Below are positions 27,701 to 40,552 of a stretch of 64,000 nt of DNA, piece after piece (position 1 is the first letter of the stretch; each line of letters starts with the position of its first letter). Both the position numbers and the translations under genes were made by a program. This DNA comes from Takakia lepidozioides (Eukaryota; Plantae; Bryophyta). The stretch is from the NCBI GenBank assembly GCA_030704615.1, contig CM060731.1, positions 30,194,001-30,258,000 on the forward strand, written 5' to 3'. The notes below the pieces were generated by a model that saw only the letters and a program-made list of their open reading frames with translations, was not told the DNA's origin and searched no databases.

Positions 27701-29460
27701 TTTTTCCCTCTTTCTGTGTCTCTCCCTCTCCTGCACACCCACAGAAACACAAACAATCACACTTTTCTAGAGATAAGTGCTACACTTAGTTCCTCATCAC
27801 CAGAAACCAGTATGGTGATTTCAATGGAATCTCATTTACTTGTTGGCGTGGAGTTGTATAACCCACTTCAGGAGGGTCAGTATCCCACTCAGACTGCACC
27901 CCTCACAGATATGTCATAGCCATTGTTTGCAGTGAAGCAAAAGGTGGAGCTGACCTTGTGAATGGGTGAACAGAGAAGACAGTGGTAAAGTATGAGATGA
28001 AGAGGCTCCATGAGGCAGTTCTGGAGCCGATGCGGCGGATGGATGGACAAAGCCAGCAGGTGTTGTACCTGCAGACCAAAGTGGAGAGAGAGATGGAGGT
28101 TAGCAGGACTCTGAAGAAAACTGTGAGTGTGGTCTCACACAACTTGCAGCTACGTGAGCAAGAGCTCCATATCATGCGTCGCAGGGCTGAGGATCAACAC
28201 TTGAGAAACAAGCTGCAGGTACTGCACACTTGGTCACTTGGCAGAAAGTGATGCTCAGCTTTTGTGATTTGGTCACTACAAACGCAATAGCCTTTCATCC
28301 ATCTCCTGCTTGGGCATTAGAGCAGTCTGTTAAGTCTATCACTCATTGGCATCAACTGCAAGATTGAGCTTGACTTCAGTTAGTCTGTAATTGAATGAGC
28401 ATCGCTATAGTTTTGAACTAAAGCTCGTATAGGTTCTTAAAGTGAGTGAACCATCCTACAAAAAAAATTCAGACTGGAAGTCCGCATGTTATCATAGTGA
28501 TAATGAAGTGAGGTTTGTTTCCACAGAGTCATTACCAACTGATTTTAGACAACTGTGTCAGACAAGAGCATGTTGTCCCTAGTATAATTAAGTGGATTGG
28601 AAACTCAAGGCCTGGGGAAAATATTGGAGTAGGAACCATTGCAAGCAGCATATCTTTGAAGTTTCTTCAAGCAATGTTTATGCACAAAGAGGGGAAGCCC
28701 GTCTTGTTGCTTCTTAAATTTAGACCTGGACAGGATTGGGACAATAAGTTCTGGCCATGACCCCTGCTAAACTCACTCCAAGGCTGGGTTGTAACAGCAA
28801 GCCGACCTGGAAGAGTTCTTCAAAATTGAGAGAAACCAGCTGGCAGATGAGCTCAACCAGAAGGAGGCAGAGTTACAAAAGATGAGAGAGGAGTTTCAAC
28901 AGACTCACCTGCAGCAGTGCCAGCAGCTGGAGCTGCAGCGGTCCAACATACCCAAGAACAAGCACCTCACCATGGACGAAAAGGATCAGCAGCAGGCGTT
29001 GTACTTGACTTCTCCCTTTTTCTTCCTTCTTTCTTTCTCTTTTTCTAATAGGCTCCTGCACTCTATACTCATGCACATCATATCATCCAAACGCTAACCT
29101 TACAGTGCTGAAACAGTAACCTTGTTTGCCTTCAGTGACCATCAGCATTTGCTCTGCCACCCAGTAACCCATGGTGGACATTGTAATCACACTTTGATAG
29201 GCCATCATGGTGCATTGCCTTGTAGGATGGAGGACGAGATAGCAAAGAAGACACAGATGGAAGGGAGCCTGCGAGATGCACATGCTTTTGAAGCTGAGCG
29301 AGTTGAGCTCCAGCAACAGCACCACCAGCAGCGCCTGGATTTCCAGCGACAGCAGCATGAAGCCACACTTACATTTGAAAAACAGCTTAAGGATGAAAGG
29401 GCTCAGTTACTTGAGAATTACCAGAGAGGCACTACTGACATGAAGCTCCCAGTGTGTTGA
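21711..29460 (+). CDS. SGS3: SUPPRESSOR OF GENE SILENCING 3-like protein (GW-rich N-terminus, zf-XS, XS, coiled coil), 9 coding exons
   Basis: Exons 21711-21969, 22328-22495, 22695-22904, 23317-24057, 24473-25044, 25720-26023, 27974-28218, 28798-29000, 29226-29460. Motifs RQWHCPACKGGVGAIDWFRGLGPLVTHA (zf-XS), VWPPMVVIQNT..WLGMGNKELLDYF..HAYGPQGHRGMSLLVF (XS), LYGFMATKED and a Q/E-rich coiled coil. N-terminal exon boundaries are less certain. Confidence 0.9.
26180..26560 (-). mobile_element. Highly decayed DIRS-like RT N-terminal relic in SGS3 intron 6
   Basis: ISAGGWFHLHFQIISNRILAGIV..P followed by TISV....GFY weakly resembles the DIRS consensus PVGGRL..F...W..I....IL.I / AI..V....GFYS. Confidence 0.35.
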
Positions 29461-29929
29461 GTCTCTCGCCACAACTTCTTAGCTTGTGGATGAACTGTTC
29501 TCAACTCAGGCAGGACATTGGAGGACGCGTTAAGAACAGCTGAGAAGATTGTTTCTACCAAATTCAGGTGTGGAGAGCATTGCCTTTCAAGTCTCTCTGT
29601 TAGAGCCACGTTTCCCTGCCTCCATCCGTTGGCCCTTCCATGGGCTTTCATATACTCTGCAAATTGCTACATGTGAAACTTCCTTCCTTTTCATTAGTTA
29701 GCCCCTTCAGAATCTACTCCACCAAACTAGGCAGAGGGGATGTGGTTGCAGGAGTATTTAAATGTCCCGCTTGCAATTGTCAGAAGGCCCTCCCCTGGAT
29801 ACAATAGTGTGTCCATCAACCAGGTGACTCCAGTGTCAGTGGAAATTTAGAGTTCTCACACTCTCCCCCTTCTTGTTTCGCCATTTATCTTAAACAGGGA
29901 CTTAGTTGAGCTCTCGAGGTCTGGTTTTT

Positions 29930-30130
29930 CCTTCTTTCTTTAAAAGAAAGGGGACAGAGGCCCTTATCATCAAATGAAGGTAGGAGAGCTCCCATTCCCT
30001 TGGGAGCTTGCAGTCCCAGTTTAGAGAATCTTGTGCAGAGGAAGCCAATCTTGCCTCCAGGAGGCGTCGAAATTGGGAGTAGTCTTGTTGTGCTTTCTTC
30101 AAAGCATCTGCAGTAATCACATCTCAAGAA
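29930..30130 (-). mobile_element. LINE 3' end fragment
   Basis: aaagaaaggggacagaggccctt terminal motif shared with ~4330 and ~62325. Confidence 0.45.
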
Positions 30131-31576
30131 TTTCTTCCCTCATTGAGTAGGTCTGGAAACATGCATTGGGCTGGAGCCTTAAAAGAAACAGCAAGGGATC
30201 CATTTGGCTTCAGACCAAGAATAGAAGGATTTGATGAGTAAATTTATTTGGCTTCCTCAAGTTATTGTATTTTTTTTATGAACATCCAACAGATGCCCAG
30301 TGATTGGGGCATAAGGCTCAGTCTTGGGTTTAAAGTTTAAAACGGAATAGATGTGTGTTGGTTTTGACCCATTATAACCAACCCAACTATAAAAGGGGGT
30401 CGTTGGAGCTGGGGTGGCCGGGCAACCCGGTTACCACTGTTAAAAGATATACATGTTCCAAAGCAGAAGGCAATGGCCCTTCCAGTGAAGTGACATCATA
30501 ATTTACACTTACTTCCAACCTCGACCTCGACAGAGTCTTTTTATTTTTTTCGTTTTTTTTTTCCTTACAAGTTTTTTTTAATTTGTTGTTGTTGTTGAAC
30601 TTCTTGACTTGGAGTGGACTACACTGTAATATTGTTTGCCTAGAAATCTTTCACTAACTACTTGGTGATGGTACTTCCATGTTGATCCCCAACTAGAACA
30701 TCATTGAAAAAGTTGATGTAATTGCATCCTCACATATTATGTATAGGAGCTGATCATGTGAAATAGAGCGCCCGGGCAGTCGTAAAGGTCTGGCACCAGA
30801 TTTTACATAATGTCCCCTTCGAGGTCATATTCGGCTTAAAGACTAAAGAACCTACATGGTCGCCAGTTGAGCATTATTGACCTAGATGGTGTGAGCATCA
30901 TACTCATTCTCAACAACCGTCACCACATGCGCATTCTGCTCACACTGGACTGCTTGAGCTGGGCAAAGTACTTAGGAGCCACAACAACCTGGTAATCATA
31001 ACTTCAGGTGTAAGGAGAGGCCACGAAAAGAGTGCAAAATGTGATAAAAACGTTCATCTCTTCACACTCATTGGTTGCTTTATACTTCAATCAAATGAGT
31101 TCAAAAATTTAAATAGAACAACATGTAAGCATCCTGCTGTATGGCTGGATTCGTCTCAGATGAGTAGTCTACAATAAGATCCATCGGCAGATATGACAAC
31201 AGTTGAAAGTAGCTTGTCACCTGGGCTCAAGTTGCAGATATCTAGGAAAGCAAACATAACTAACAAGCTCATCACCAAATGCTCCTGGCACAGTCCAATC
31301 ACCGTCTTCACAGTGGACCACCCTCAACTTCATGGTTTTGCAGCTGCGTAGTAGTCATAACAATAGGCATGACAGCAGTCAAATTGCAAAATTTGTCACT
31401 ATCTTGGATACCAGTTATGCAAACAGAAACAATAGCTCTACTAGAATCCTTCTAGACAAGAGTCTGACTACTCATGAGGTGCTCAATCTGTCACAGCAAA
31501 CTGAATATGCACCTTCAACATGCTCCTGTCAATTCTCAACCGGAGGGAGATTTGCATTAGGTCACAACTGTTTGAA

Positions 31577-34500
31577 TTAGGGTGCCAGTCGATCCATGGT
31601 CCATGTTTGGGTACCATCGGCTGACCGCGTATAATGCAGCCTGTATCACAACATGCCATCCATCAGTTGTGTGGTCGTGCAGCAGAGAGATGTACTATTG
31701 CCAAACTGTAAATGTAACGACAATATGTCCTCCAGGGCAATTATCTGCATGAAGCTAGGCCAACGGTGGTTAGAAGCTGACAGCTCCATTTCACACAAAC
31801 TGATGCAAATAATGTAAATCTACCTACATGATAACGTTTCCTGTCATGGTGATGTAAGGAATAAGGGTCCCAAATTGTGGCAGGGGCTATTCCTGAAGGT
31901 CGAAAAAACGGACAGGATTGGAGCGGCCAATGGAGAGGGAGGGCAGCCCACCTATCGTGGAGCCGTGATTCTCGGCCCTGCCAAAACTCCATTACTTCAG
32001 GTTGCAAGCGAAAGCCTCCCCAATGCTCTGGTCTGGGAATGTATCTTCTGCAAATGTACCCACATACGATTCACATTAGGTGCAGGTTACAGTACAAGGG
32101 AACCAAGGGAGACAAATGGTCGGATATCCTCTATGGGATGTCACACCTACTTCTGTGCAGATGATGAAGTAGCAGAGATTATCGCCAAGGGCTATGATAG
32201 TTCTCAAATGACAGTCTTACGAAGGGAACATCAAGAAGTAGAGCAAAACAAAGACCGGAGCAAATTTACCCCTTATCCATATGATATTTATATTTTTCAA
32301 GTCCCAAGCCCTGAGACCCCTCTTTGATGGATTCACACCAGCATATCTTTAAATTTCAAGTAGGGCCTGTTGGACACTGCACACACTCAAGTAGGAGAAA
32401 ACATACACAAATAAGCTGACAGCCTGCCCTTGCAAGACTTCTGCAACTATCACTCATTGTGGCAATGAGATGATTGGATAAATGTACATGTCAAGCATGA
32501 AAACATCCACCGAGAGACAGGGACATACCCATCTGCATATTGAGCAACAAGATGCTCGTAACTGCCATCCAGCACATGTCGTCCAGGCAGCACAGAACTC
32601 TACACTCCAGCCAAAAAACATGTGAGAAAGCTCTCTGTTTGCCGTAGCCTTGTGGCCATACGCCCTGCGCCCAGTTTGGGTGCGAACAAGGGGGAACAGA
32701 CAGTACCTATCTGAGGGGCTCAGTCCAGTAGTGGGACTTACCTTGATATAAACAATTTGTTCAGGTTTTACAGATTTCCTCTAGAAACATATGAGAGAGA
32801 ATGTACTCATGCTGTTCCCTACCGTGGCATGCCATAGCCTTATGGCCATTGACCCCATGGGAACTAACCCTCCCGGAGCCTTTTGTGGGGTTTGCAGCCA
32901 CCAGGGTTTAACATATGAGAGAGAGAGACAGAGCTGCACTTCCAGAATGAAGCCTTCTTCCATTGCAACAGAGACAGTAGCTTTGCCACCATAGGGCCCC
33001 CTCCCAGTTGGGGTGACACTTGATAGAAATCAGCAATACAGACATGAAAGTGCAGTATTCAATCTATAGATACTGCTTTCTGGCATCAGGTTGCTGAACT
33101 GTCTTTGCATTAAGAACATAGTTCCCAGAGCACATACAGAAAGCACCAACTCTCCTACAAAACAGTCTCGATAAATGAATATGTCTATCTTGAAAATAAC
33201 TGCTTTAACAATCACCAATCTATGGATACCTTGAATACATACAAATAAAATATTCTTTGTCCAGGCAAGTCACTGTTGTGATGCCTCATGGCAATCTAGT
33301 GAAACCCTGTTCAAATATCAAAAGGTGATAGCATCTTTCACAGGATCCGTACAGTGGCTAATAATGGTGGTCTTCCTTCGATCATGTCTTAGAAGATCAA
33401 CCTTTCTGTACACCAGCAAGGAATCATTACCTGTGGACTAACAAGAGCACCAAGCTGGCTTCCTCGCGGTCGACTATGGAAGTATTCATCTGACTCCTCT
33501 GGAGTTACTTTCTCCACAGGGCCCTCAATCCGCACCTGCCACAAAGCAACTGAGTACTCTCTTTAAAGCAAAGTGTTTGTTAAGGTCACTACTCTGAGAA
33601 GTGGAAGAACAATCTTGGGGTCAAATCTGAGCTTCTACTCATGTGTCCCTTTCAATTCCCATTTAAGTATTTGTACAACAGTCATGGGTGAAACCCCTCT
33701 TCTGATGGCATAGACTAGACGGGGCCTTCTTCCTCCATACATATCCCCTAAAAAAGAACCTATTGTGATGGTACATCATTCAGTCCCTCCACCTGTTATC
33801 TGACTTGATACTCTATCTGCGGTTGTGTGTACTTTCCTTCCCCATTCTCCCCTTGCCTCTTCAGAAAAAGGGTGATACCTGTCGGTGGAGGCGCTCCCAA
33901 AAGAAAACCAATGCAGCTCTGGGATTAGCTGCCAAGTCAGCCGCCTTTCGACTCCCATAGTTTGTGTACCTGTCAACAATGAAGCATTAAAAGGAACAGT
34001 ATTTGCAGCTACCCCAGGGGTTCATTTAATGTCAAACAACTCATGGCAAATTAAGTCTTGTGGATGATCCCCAGAATACAGCGTAGCTACAGGGCAACAG
34101 AAAATTGTTTGAATAACAGTACCACAGACTGAGTCTATTGTTTACAGTACAAAGTCAAACTTAAAACTATTGATTTCACACCATAGTTCTGGTGCGTGTA
34201 CAAAATATTTCATAGGCTTTACTCCAGGGAGTGTAAAAAGAAGGCAGACTCCTGCCAAAACAAGCGTACATTAAGGTATCTCTTCACCTCGACAGACTAC
34301 TGTCTTCTGTTTGGAAGGTGGGAACCTTCTGAAGGCCGTAACCAGGGCAACGGCATTGCCCACACCTTTCCCCGAGGACTCAAAAAACCCAAGTACTCAC
34401 GCATTAGGTGACCGGTTGACCGAATGACCCCCATCCTAAAGCTGGGTTGCTCTAATGGGTGGCAATATGACATACACCTATGTGGTTTTGAACCCACAAC

Positions 34501-37500
34501 CACAAGGCCATCTTGTGTCTTATTACCACTGGGTGGGCCATCTGTCCATGTATGTTCATGTTGCACCTTCCATCAATCGGAACAGTAAGGAAACAAGATT
34601 CTTGAGTCCTTAGCAACCAAAGTCAGACTGTAGACAAAAAGACCTTTGGGACACTCAGCTGGATCCACTTACCAGACAAATCCATGTTGATCAAATCCTT
34701 TCAGCAACACCATTCGTGCTGAGCTGCAATTCCACCCAACACCCCCACAACCAGCCTTTGATCCATGAAACCCCGTCTGATGTTTTCACTGCACGCCATA
34801 GCTGCATTCATGTCCGATGCTTCGAAAAAGATCTTACTTCATGGTGTATGCACAGCAATGGAGCCTCATGGAAAGGCAATCAAGTCATGAAAAGTACTTA
34901 CGGTCGGCCATCGCCATCCGCAGTGGCCAAGGTCATTGCATTGGGTTCAGGGAGGCCTCCAGCAACAGCATCGTCAAACCACTGCTGAAACTGCAAACTC
35001 ACAATGCAGATTGTTGATGTCCAGAAAATATCCTAGAACAAATTCATAGACCACTACGACCAAATGGCCCCACTGTCCTGCTGAGTGCAAGGGGCTCCCT
35101 AAGATGAGATGCAGTTAATATGAAGCTCTGATTGCCAGAGCCTCGTCCATAGACTCCATCCTGGCAGGCATGGACTCTGCACAAAGTGTCCAGGAGGGCT
35201 TGAATCCTGGAGGTTCCTGTTTGAAGCAAGGTTCAGAGTGTTTGGTGGGTATCCTATTGGAGCTCACCTGCTATCTGGGTACTCCAATCTGCCATTGGTG
35301 CTCATGACGTGGACGTCCTTCAGATGTAGTTTTGTTCTTCATGTCAGGATCTTTTTGTATATCATCATGCCATCCAGGAAACTCTCCATAAAAGCTTACT
35401 TCGTGATGTTGTTTCCTTACTGTATTGGGCATTTGGAAGACATTTTCAAAAAGAGACACAGGAAGAAAGAGACAATACAAACATTACAGTTCACATGCAA
35501 GAAGCACACGCAATTACCTGTAGAATTGGGTCACTCTGAGCTTGCTCTTCCAAAAGTTCCGAACCTACATAATTCAACCGCAATGCTGCCACGTCTACAT
35601 GGGGAGGTTTGCCAATGCGAACACACATGGACTGCCCTGGATATGGCGGCAAGCGCAGCCCATACTTGTCAACAACTGCTTGGGGGACAAACCTTCCCCC
35701 AAGAAAATGATGGGTACCCTTGAATTTCTTGGCACAAAGCTTGGGTGCAGTCAATGATACCTGCAGAACACAAAACCACCTGAGCATTTGTTTTCTGAAG
35801 TTGGAGGGATGATGTAGCAGAAGACAGAAAGAAAGACGGGGAGAGAATGTACTCATGAGACGACGTTTCCGGTAGCCTTGTGGATACAGACCCTACGCCC
35901 AGTTTGGGTGGAACAAGAGGGAACAGACATTACATTTGTGAGGGGCTCACTCCAGTATTGGAACTCACTTTGGTATGAATAATTGGTTTGGGCTTTCTGG
36001 ATTTCCTCTAGACATCCCTTCACACAAGCATCCATCTGCTGTGTTCAGCTGCCCAGCAATTAGACCCCAACAGGGCCAGGGCTTTAGGCTCAGCCTCGAA
36101 TTTTTGAAAGTTAGTGAACAGAGGTGCAGGGACTATGTTCTTGATAGTCCTGAAGAGGGTCGCTCTCTGATGAGAATTCCCTAGACATTGTATAGGAAAA
36201 TGGATATTGTCTTCAGGCCACCCAATTGGGAATCTCCCTTTCCTCTCTGCATCTGTTTATTGTTCAAAGGTAGACTCCCTGCCCCGACTCTAAATTTCAA
36301 TCTAGTGTCGAGGGTAGGTAGGCCCTTCAGATCATCCTTAAAAGGTCCTCACCATGTCACCCACTCGAAACCAGTTCAGGGAAGTTTTATGCCTAACTTC
36401 ATTGAGACACAGAGGGAGATAGAGAATGGAAGTGTATGTTCCCTTTGTTCCACGGCAAATACTGTCTCATGGGTACATCATCTATCTCTCCGTCAACCCT
36501 GGGGGCTGGGTTCGGTAGGCTCTGGAAGGGTTAGTTGCCCCCGGGTTCAGTGGCCGTAAGGCTATGGCAAGCCAACGTTTGCAGGGCATGGCATGAGTAT
36601 ATTCTCTCTCCCTCTTGGGTCGACGGCCACAAGGCTACGGCAAACGTTGTCTTACGTCTTTGTCAGGGGCCCACTCTGGTAGCGGTACTTAACTTCGTGT
36701 AGACAATTAGTTCAGGCTTTCCAGATATCCTCTAGAAAGCCCGTCACACAACCATCAACCTGTGTGTGAGCTGCCCCGCTATTAGACCCCAACAGGGCCA
36801 GGGCTTTAGGCTCAGCCTCAAGATTTTCAAAGTTGGTGAACGAGGTGCAGGAACAATGTTCCTGATGTTCTTATTGTTCAAAGGTAGGCTCCCCACCCTG
36901 AGTTTGAAATTGATGCGGAGTAAGAGAGAGAGAGAGGGAGAGAGAGACCAGCATAGCAGGAAACAATCCAGTACCCTCCGTGTCCCCATCCTCTACATGC
37001 CAGCCAGATGGGATGTCGACTGACACAACTGCTGGCACCCCAACTTCCTCTGCCTTTGTGCCAGGTGGCACCACCAGACGTTTAAGTAGAGAATCAAAAG
37101 GAGGACGGGGTACTCCTGCAACGACAACGAGAATCCTTGTAAGTATAAGAAACAATGACAACGAAAACAAAATTGATAGTAACCATAATTTTTCATCACT
37201 TGTTTCCAGTACAAACTTCAAAGTCAGGGCCTTCAACTTAAAAGCACTTTTGAGCATAACAGAGTAAGAGACGGTAAGAACAGTAGCATACTGTACAATT
37301 CACATGTTATCAAATACACATCTTATGAAAGCCAACATGTACAAAGATCCTGGATGGAGGAGGAGCAAAACTAATGGCTTAGTTGAACTTAACCAACCAT
37401 GAAAGGAGAACCCAAACATGGCATCCACAACAACATCAAACTTGTCTGCCAGTCTCGATGGTAGCTCGTCTGCCGACAAGAATGGAATCCCCAAGCTTTC

Positions 37501-39400
37501 CAGCTGCACACAGACCAATTCAACAATAGAGAAATGAACGCAATCAGTACTCCGGGCAAATGTAACAAGCTGTGATATTGAGCTCCAAATCCAATCCGAT
37601 TCCAGCTGTTACCATCAGTCATAGGCTGAGACAAGATTCTTTGGAGCAATTTTATGTACCCGGCACACCAGCCATTAGGATTATTTCTTGATTCAGGGGT
37701 GCCAAAGATTAGTTGCAAGTAGTGTTTTGCAGCCACTCCCCCCCCCCTACATTTTTGAAGTGTCTAAGCTCCCCCCACAGCCACCCAAGCAGCAAAAGAA
37801 TCACCCACCTATACCTTGCCATCAATAAAAGAAATTTACCATCGACCCTATCCCTCCTAGGGTCATCAATGGCCAAAATCCAGTACAGCCATCAACGGCT
37901 TCATCTCAGCAGGAAAGACAATTATGCCTCAGGATACCACAATAGTGCCAGCATAGATCCAACGTTCCAATTATTCTCCTCCCTCCCACGAGTGAAACGA
38001 TGGAGTGAAACATGCCTGAGTCACGAGGCCATGATAGAGAGGCTTGTCGGTACGCTTGGGGTAGCAAATGGAGGGCCTGTATCCAAAATGGTGTAGATGA
38101 CGTGCTGCCACAAGCCCATCCCCTCCATTGTTGCCCGGCCCACATATGATCAGAACACGGGAGTGCTCCAGCACTCCATAAACCTGCCACCCATGTATTT
38201 CTTCATTCTGCTCATTCTTTATTCCAATTTAGCTGGTATGTTGGAATCTCGGTCCTGAAACGTGCAATCATTCAGAGGGCCACCTATTCTTGTCAACCGA
38301 CCTTAAACTGGCAGGAAAATGGGTCCTGAAGTAAGACAGTTTAATTTCTACCTGTTTTCAAGGTCTGCCTGTCCTGATACAAGTGCAAACATATATCATT
38401 ACACCAATATCACCACTGCTTCAAAGTCACATCTCCTAGAGAACTTCAGTCAATCAATTCCAAAAAGTATTTCAATCAACTAAACCCCCAATGACAAAGT
38501 ACGCTCACATTTACTCGAATGACGTTTTTAATATCTGTGAAAAGGCAATCCGTACCTCTGTAATGGCTGATGCAACACTCAATCCTGCCAGTTCCTTTGA
38601 GTCCATACAGCCACAGGGAGAAAGCAAAGGATTTTAGTTGTTGTTGCTGAGCGCAAACAAAGGACATTAGCACCTATTATTATATACTCTCTAAGCAATA
38701 TATTTCAACCTAACCATATCAGCAGACAAGTGTGAGACAAAGCTCTGCCCATATCCAACTCCGAAGTTAACCCGAGTCGGTGAAGAAATTGTACCATGTG
38801 AGGTGAGATTCAAACTTCTTCCTAACTGTTTGCTGCTTGCTGTCAATGAGTACTCTCTCTGTATCTCTCACATACGGTGTGTCCTCCTCCAATAATTTCC
38901 CAACCATGCTTTCTGACAAAACCATTCCTAAGGGATGCTGCCCACCCTCCCGGCGTACCGAACTAATATCTTCCAAAAAAAGTGAAAGCCTAGCTAGTGA
39001 ATACAGGCGGGGCCAGCCTTCAGTTACATAAATTGAGGTGTATCAACAATTCCCAGTCATCAATCTGTCCCATGTGGCACTTGTAACATTAGAACCATGT
39101 TTGGCAAAGGTCCCCAAGCGGGACCCCAGCAACAGGTAAAATGAGAATGGTGTCACTCCAAGACTTATGGCAATGTCAAAATTGAGCACATGCTTCAATT
39201 GAGGGTTGGAGGATCTTCAGCCTTCATATTTGGCAATGTGACATTATGACCTTCTGCGAGAAAAACAAGAGAGAGCAAATGAGAGGGTTTACCATGAGCT
39301 GATCAATAGAGAAACCGTGTTCTCCCATGAGCAACTCATCAATGGCAGTTGCATCTGCCTGCGAGAGATAGGAGAGCTCGTTCAAGTGCGAGGTAGCCAT
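31577..39400 (-). CDS. PDX3: Bifunctional NAD(P)HX epimerase (YjeF_N) / pyridoxine-pyridoxamine 5'-phosphate oxidase, about 13 exons
   Basis: Exons 39400-39293 ([22 protein letters not shown]), 38594-38556 (ELAGLSVA), ~38183-38016 ([18 protein letters not shown]), ~37503-37398 ([11 protein letters not shown]), ~37116-36949 (SVDIPSGW), ~35760-35518 (VSLTAPK), ~34990-34901 (EPNAMTLAT), ~34721-34671 (SARMVLLKG), 33969-33879 (YTNYGSRKA), ~33535-33431 ([15 protein letters not shown]), ~32600-32529, ~32047-31953 ([13 protein letters not shown]), ~31640-31577 (WTMDRLAP*). Any upstream transit-peptide exon is unresolved. Confidence 0.93.
32632..33400. mobile_element. Modular repeat copy (A-B-D) plus decayed tyrosine-recombinase-like relic in a PDX3 intron
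   Basis: Modules at 32632-32930. On the minus strand, [14 protein letters not shown]....GELVLS weakly resembles the DIRS YR consensus KG.RRL / LK.VFL.A..SARRV.EL.ALS. Confidence 0.45.
34382..34537 (-). mobile_element. tRNA-derived SINE-like element (type 3)
   Basis: Minus strand cccagtggtaa (A-box-like)...gggttcaaaacc (B-box), then a unique body and a T-rich end. Confidence 0.5.
35841..36945. mobile_element. Two rearranged copies of the modular repeat in a PDX3 intron
   Basis: 35841-36130 reads gagagaatgtactcatg-A-B-C. 36490-36945 reads inverted D, inverted A, then B-C. The stretch attagaccccaacagggccagggctttaggctcagcctc is identical in both. Confidence 0.7.
38770..39220 (-). mobile_element. 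Decayed DIRS-like relic (pol C-terminus / integrase core-binding region) in PDX3 intron 1
   Basis: [16 protein letters not shown] and [26 protein letters not shown] weakly resemble the DIRS motifs FPP.PLI.RVL.K....ILIAP.W and ..L.SRR.STR..Y...W..F. Confidence 0.3.
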
Positions 39401-39710
39401 GCTGCTACGTCTGCAATGTAAAAAAGTGCCAGTGTCATCACTGCACTTGAAGTTGCCACCATTTTATGTCCATTTCCAGCATTTCAGACTTTATTGTGTT
39501 AGCCACCAAAGGTTTCGAGAGGGGTTGCATTAGGTTAGTAAAAGTTCCCACATTATGCTTGCAGAAAACCGTGGAGCATGTTTCGAGAATCCTAAATTAC
39601 TAGTACAGATGAGTGGGAGAAAATATGTTGTTACCCTTTTGTAGATGATGGCTCTACCACACCAGTTGCACCACAGGTGTGACAATCTCGTGTCTGGCCC
39701 GGATACCCTG

Positions 39711-39763
39711 TGCTGGGCCAAAACCCAAGAAACGGTTGCTCCGTGGGGTAATTATAAACCCTA
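39711..39763. promoter_or_regulatory. Site-II-like (TGGGCC) and telo-box (AAACCCTA) upstream of PDX3
   Basis: tgggcca at ~39714 and aaaccctag at ~39756. Confidence 0.4.
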
Positions 39764-40152
39764 GTCCCTTTTTCCCACAACGGCTGCCTGCTAAGCCAAG
39801 ACTACAAAGCACACCATGGCAATGAGTTACCACCAGAAGCAGACGGCCTCATTTGCACAATCTTAATAGAACCCAACTTCCCACTCAGATTTCCCTTTCT
39901 CTCGCTTCTCACTTCTCCATCCAGCCTTCGGCGATTGTGATCATTTCTTCCAACAAAGCGGGTTTGTACTGTCGAAGGAAAAACACGCGACAAACCTTAA
40001 TCAGAGGCCACCGACTAGCTGCTTTCCGAAACCGAGGTAGTTGGCACTGCAAGATTAGAGAAAGGGATCGTGGACGCAATGCAGCAGTCTCAGCCTTCAA
40101 GGACCCCCCTTCCAGACTGCACCCCAGTGGTCAGAAACATACTGACGGATGC

Positions 40153-40552
40153 AAATCACCATAGGTAATAGATAGAGCTGAATGCATCAGTGAATCCGCG
40201 CATACTTGTTACCTCTTACACAGAAACCTTCTGGATCAATTTGATTTGCTTGTATGCAAATGGAAATCACCATAGGTAATAGATAGAGCTGAATGCATCA
40301 GTGAATCCGCGCATACTATTTAGCTCTTACACAGAAACCTTCCGGATCAATTTGATTTGCTTGTATGCAAATGGAAATCGCCATAGGTAATAGATAGAGC
40401 TGAATGCATCAGTGAATCCGCGCACACTTGTTACCTCTTGTATGGAAATGGAAATCACCATAGGTAGTAGATGCATCAGTGAATCCGCGCATACTTGTTA
40501 CCTCTTACACAGAAACCTTGTGGATCAATTTGATTTGCTTGTATGCAAATGG
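40153..40552. repeat. ~110-bp tandem repeat, about 4 copies (one internally deleted)
   Basis: Unit aaatcaccataggtaatagatagagctgaatgcatcagtgaatccgcgcatac...ggatcaatttgatttgcttgtatgcaaatgg. Confidence 0.92.

Noticed and set aside
36160-36200. CTGATGA...GAAA possible hammerhead ribozyme core
   Set aside because: Stems I-III and a cleavage triplet could not be assembled by eye.
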